From: Podarcis erhardii
Lineage: Eukaryota
Reading direction: 5' to 3' (one strand)
Length of the DNA: 64,000 bases
Assembly (NCBI GenBank): GCA_964252035.1
Contig: OZ176200.1
A program made the translations under genes and the position numbers. Under the pieces are notes generated by a model that was given only the letters and a program-made list of their open reading frames with translations, did not search any database and was not told where the DNA came from. Position 1 is the first letter of the stretch. Every line of letters starts with the position of its first letter. Below, piece after piece: positions 61,701 through 64,000 of the stretch.

Positions 61701-64000
61701 GCATCCACGGAGAACTCCTGAGGAGTGGAGCTTAGGAGCAGACCAGAGTAAAAAGACTTCATCCAGTCCAATCTGATTCGGAGACCTAAAAGGGGACCTC
61801 TCCCCACTGCAGTCTTAATCTGGACTTACCCACCCAATATTGCTTACTTTACTTCTGGTTGTGTTGTTTCATCTTAAACAGGTTGGCTTCAGTTATCAAC
61901 ATTGCTATGGACAGCTGTTGGTCATTGTTTTCAGGGTCAGGAGGGAACATTGCCCACAGACAGATTGGATGTATCCTGTGGGTTTTCACCTACTTCATAT
62001 CAATCATCACAACTTTCCAGTGGTGGAAGAATCATTGGGCTGTAGGCCTTAGTAGGGAGAGGTGGGGAAGGGCACCCTAAGCCATCCTATCAGGAGCTGC
62101 TAGACCATAGTGCCCCCCCCCCCCAACCAGTGGCCAGATTCCTGCACATTATCACAGCAGTTCTTTAAAGCATTTCAAATCCAAAAGATACAACACATGA
62201 GAATAAAAACTAAATAATATATAATGAAAGTCATGAAAGTCATTTTTCATTGACTGACTCCACTCAATAAAATTGCTTTAAAATTACCAAATGTGGGTTA
62301 TGGATGGGAGAAATTCATGAAAGAGAAAACAGTTAATTGTTGGTAAGATAAGCGATGCATCTCCACTACAATTTAAGAAATGTGTGGAAGCAAACTGCAT
62401 GTCTGAAAATACATCAGTAAGGAGCACTAGGAATTTCAGCTAGCCACAATTTCTGGGTGGCATTTGCTTTGCCTCTTTAAGCATGCAGCTTTAAGCATGC
62501 AACAATGTTTTGTCTATTCTATAAATCTGAAGTGGCCCAATGTCAAAAACCAAACTAGTAACTTCAAAGCAATTATTCAAATAGGCAAATGTCTAGGTGA
62601 GCCATCAAAACTAGGGCTTGGGTAGGGAACCCATGGCCCTCCATATTACGTTGGATCAAACTCCCATCAGCCCCAACCAGTATTGCTTATAGTGCAGAAT
62701 GATAGGAATTACCAGTCCAGCAACATCTGGAGGACCACAGTTCCCCATCTCTGGATTAGGCATGTATAGGATGCTGCTTTTTATTCTGTTTTGAGTGAAT
62801 AGAACCCTAAATGTGTGTTTATGCCCATGTGATGGTAGCATCCCCTTCTCTTTCAGATGATTCCTTCATCCTACAAGCAGAGCTGTGATGTCATGATGAC
62901 CACCTACTGGATAAGAATGAATCTGTAACAGTGTGTGAAGTTGTCTGCATCTCTTTGTGAGACTAGCCCTCAGGCTTTGCAATCTCAAAGGCTTTTCTGT
63001 TTCGAGTCATCCCTCTGAAAATTGTTCACCACTCCACTGTTCCATGTAAGAATATTCAGCCATGTTTTGACACAACTGCTATTTTACAGTACATCTCTCT
63101 CTCTAACCAAAGAGCAAAATGTAGTTTATATAATTTAGCTTCTGTAAAATATCCAGTGTGGGATATCTCCCTGTCTAATTATAATCCCGCTGACTTTCCA
63201 GCAAACGGAATGTAGTAACAATATGTCTAAATGGGTATATAATAAAGCCCTTGGTAATTACTACTCTCAGTTCAATCTGCTGAGAGCAGCAGAGGTGTGG
63301 CAACAGAATTAAGCATTAAGTAAAAATTAGTGAAGCATGCAAATACAATCTGTACAAATGTTTTCACTTAAACTTGCCAGTACATAGATATTATGCTGCC
63401 TCCCTCCTTTAGTGCACTCTGCGTAGCAAGATATCTTTCACATGGAGTTGAAACCAATTTTAGCAGCTCTCCGCGTAGTTAATTAGGATCTTCACTGAAC
63501 TGTGATGACATTTTGCTAAATAAAACAAGATTGTCAATATCAGTCAAATAACTAGCTAGTCACTTTGTTAGCCTGTGCTTATCTTACAGCTTGGCTGTCA
63601 AAGCTGCCAGGAAAACAGACCTCGTTTTCTTCTAACATAAGACCTTTTTTAAAAAAAATCAACAAAACCTTTTATTCTTATTACAAAGCAATAGCTAACA
63701 TAGTATGTCAAAATTCTCACACAACAATTAAGTGTGTGCTTCACATTTCCATCGAGGTCAATGCGATTTTAGATTGCTGAACCTTTTGACTGCATTGTAT
63801 CTCTGATTTATGTTCACTGCAAAATGTTCAACATCTTTCGGGGGCATTATTGTGTGTACCTCCGGAATCTAAACTTCAAGCTATGGGTGAAACAAATTTA
63901 AAGACTGTAAGAAGATCATTCAGATGAACAAAAGTACTCCTGGCGACCATCAAAATCAGGATAGCCAGGTCCAGGTGCAATTTCTGTGGTTATAAAAAGT

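Noticed and set aside
58722-64000. Next upstream TMEM163 exon (DAILDVLSSAIVLWRYSNAAAVHSAHREY)
   Set aside because: Not found on the minus strand; it presumably lies beyond the window.

Overview
Eukaryotic genomic DNA from a squamate, most likely a lacertid lizard, judged from Sauria SINE, Squam3-like SINE, BovB, CR1, L2 and lizard-type MITE content. Two genes converge tail-to-tail, the same MGAT5/TMEM163 arrangement known in human. On the + strand are the last ten coding exons of MGAT5 (GnT-V; 999..31998, 1419 nt, equivalent to human residues 270-741 plus stop). On the - strand are the last four coding exons of TMEM163 (58721..43037, 412 nt). All 14 exons have canonical AG acceptors, all 12 internal exons have GT donors, the frames join without stops, and exon lengths match the human structure as I recall it. 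The rest is intron, UTR and intergenic sequence with many transposon fossils, several nested and with readable target-site duplications (TSDs). Almost all ORFs in the supplied track are exon read-through, TE fragments or chance. I found no new protein-coding system, RNA gene or CRISPR array. The best leads are modest: decayed hammerhead/Penelope-like termini, an OC1-like hAT nested in a CR1 fossil, a near-perfect 130-nt intronic hairpin, a possible ~8 kb MGAT5 3'UTR, loss of the N447 sequon, and a candidate poison exon. TE family names and human residue comparisons come from recalled consensus sequences, not database searches.
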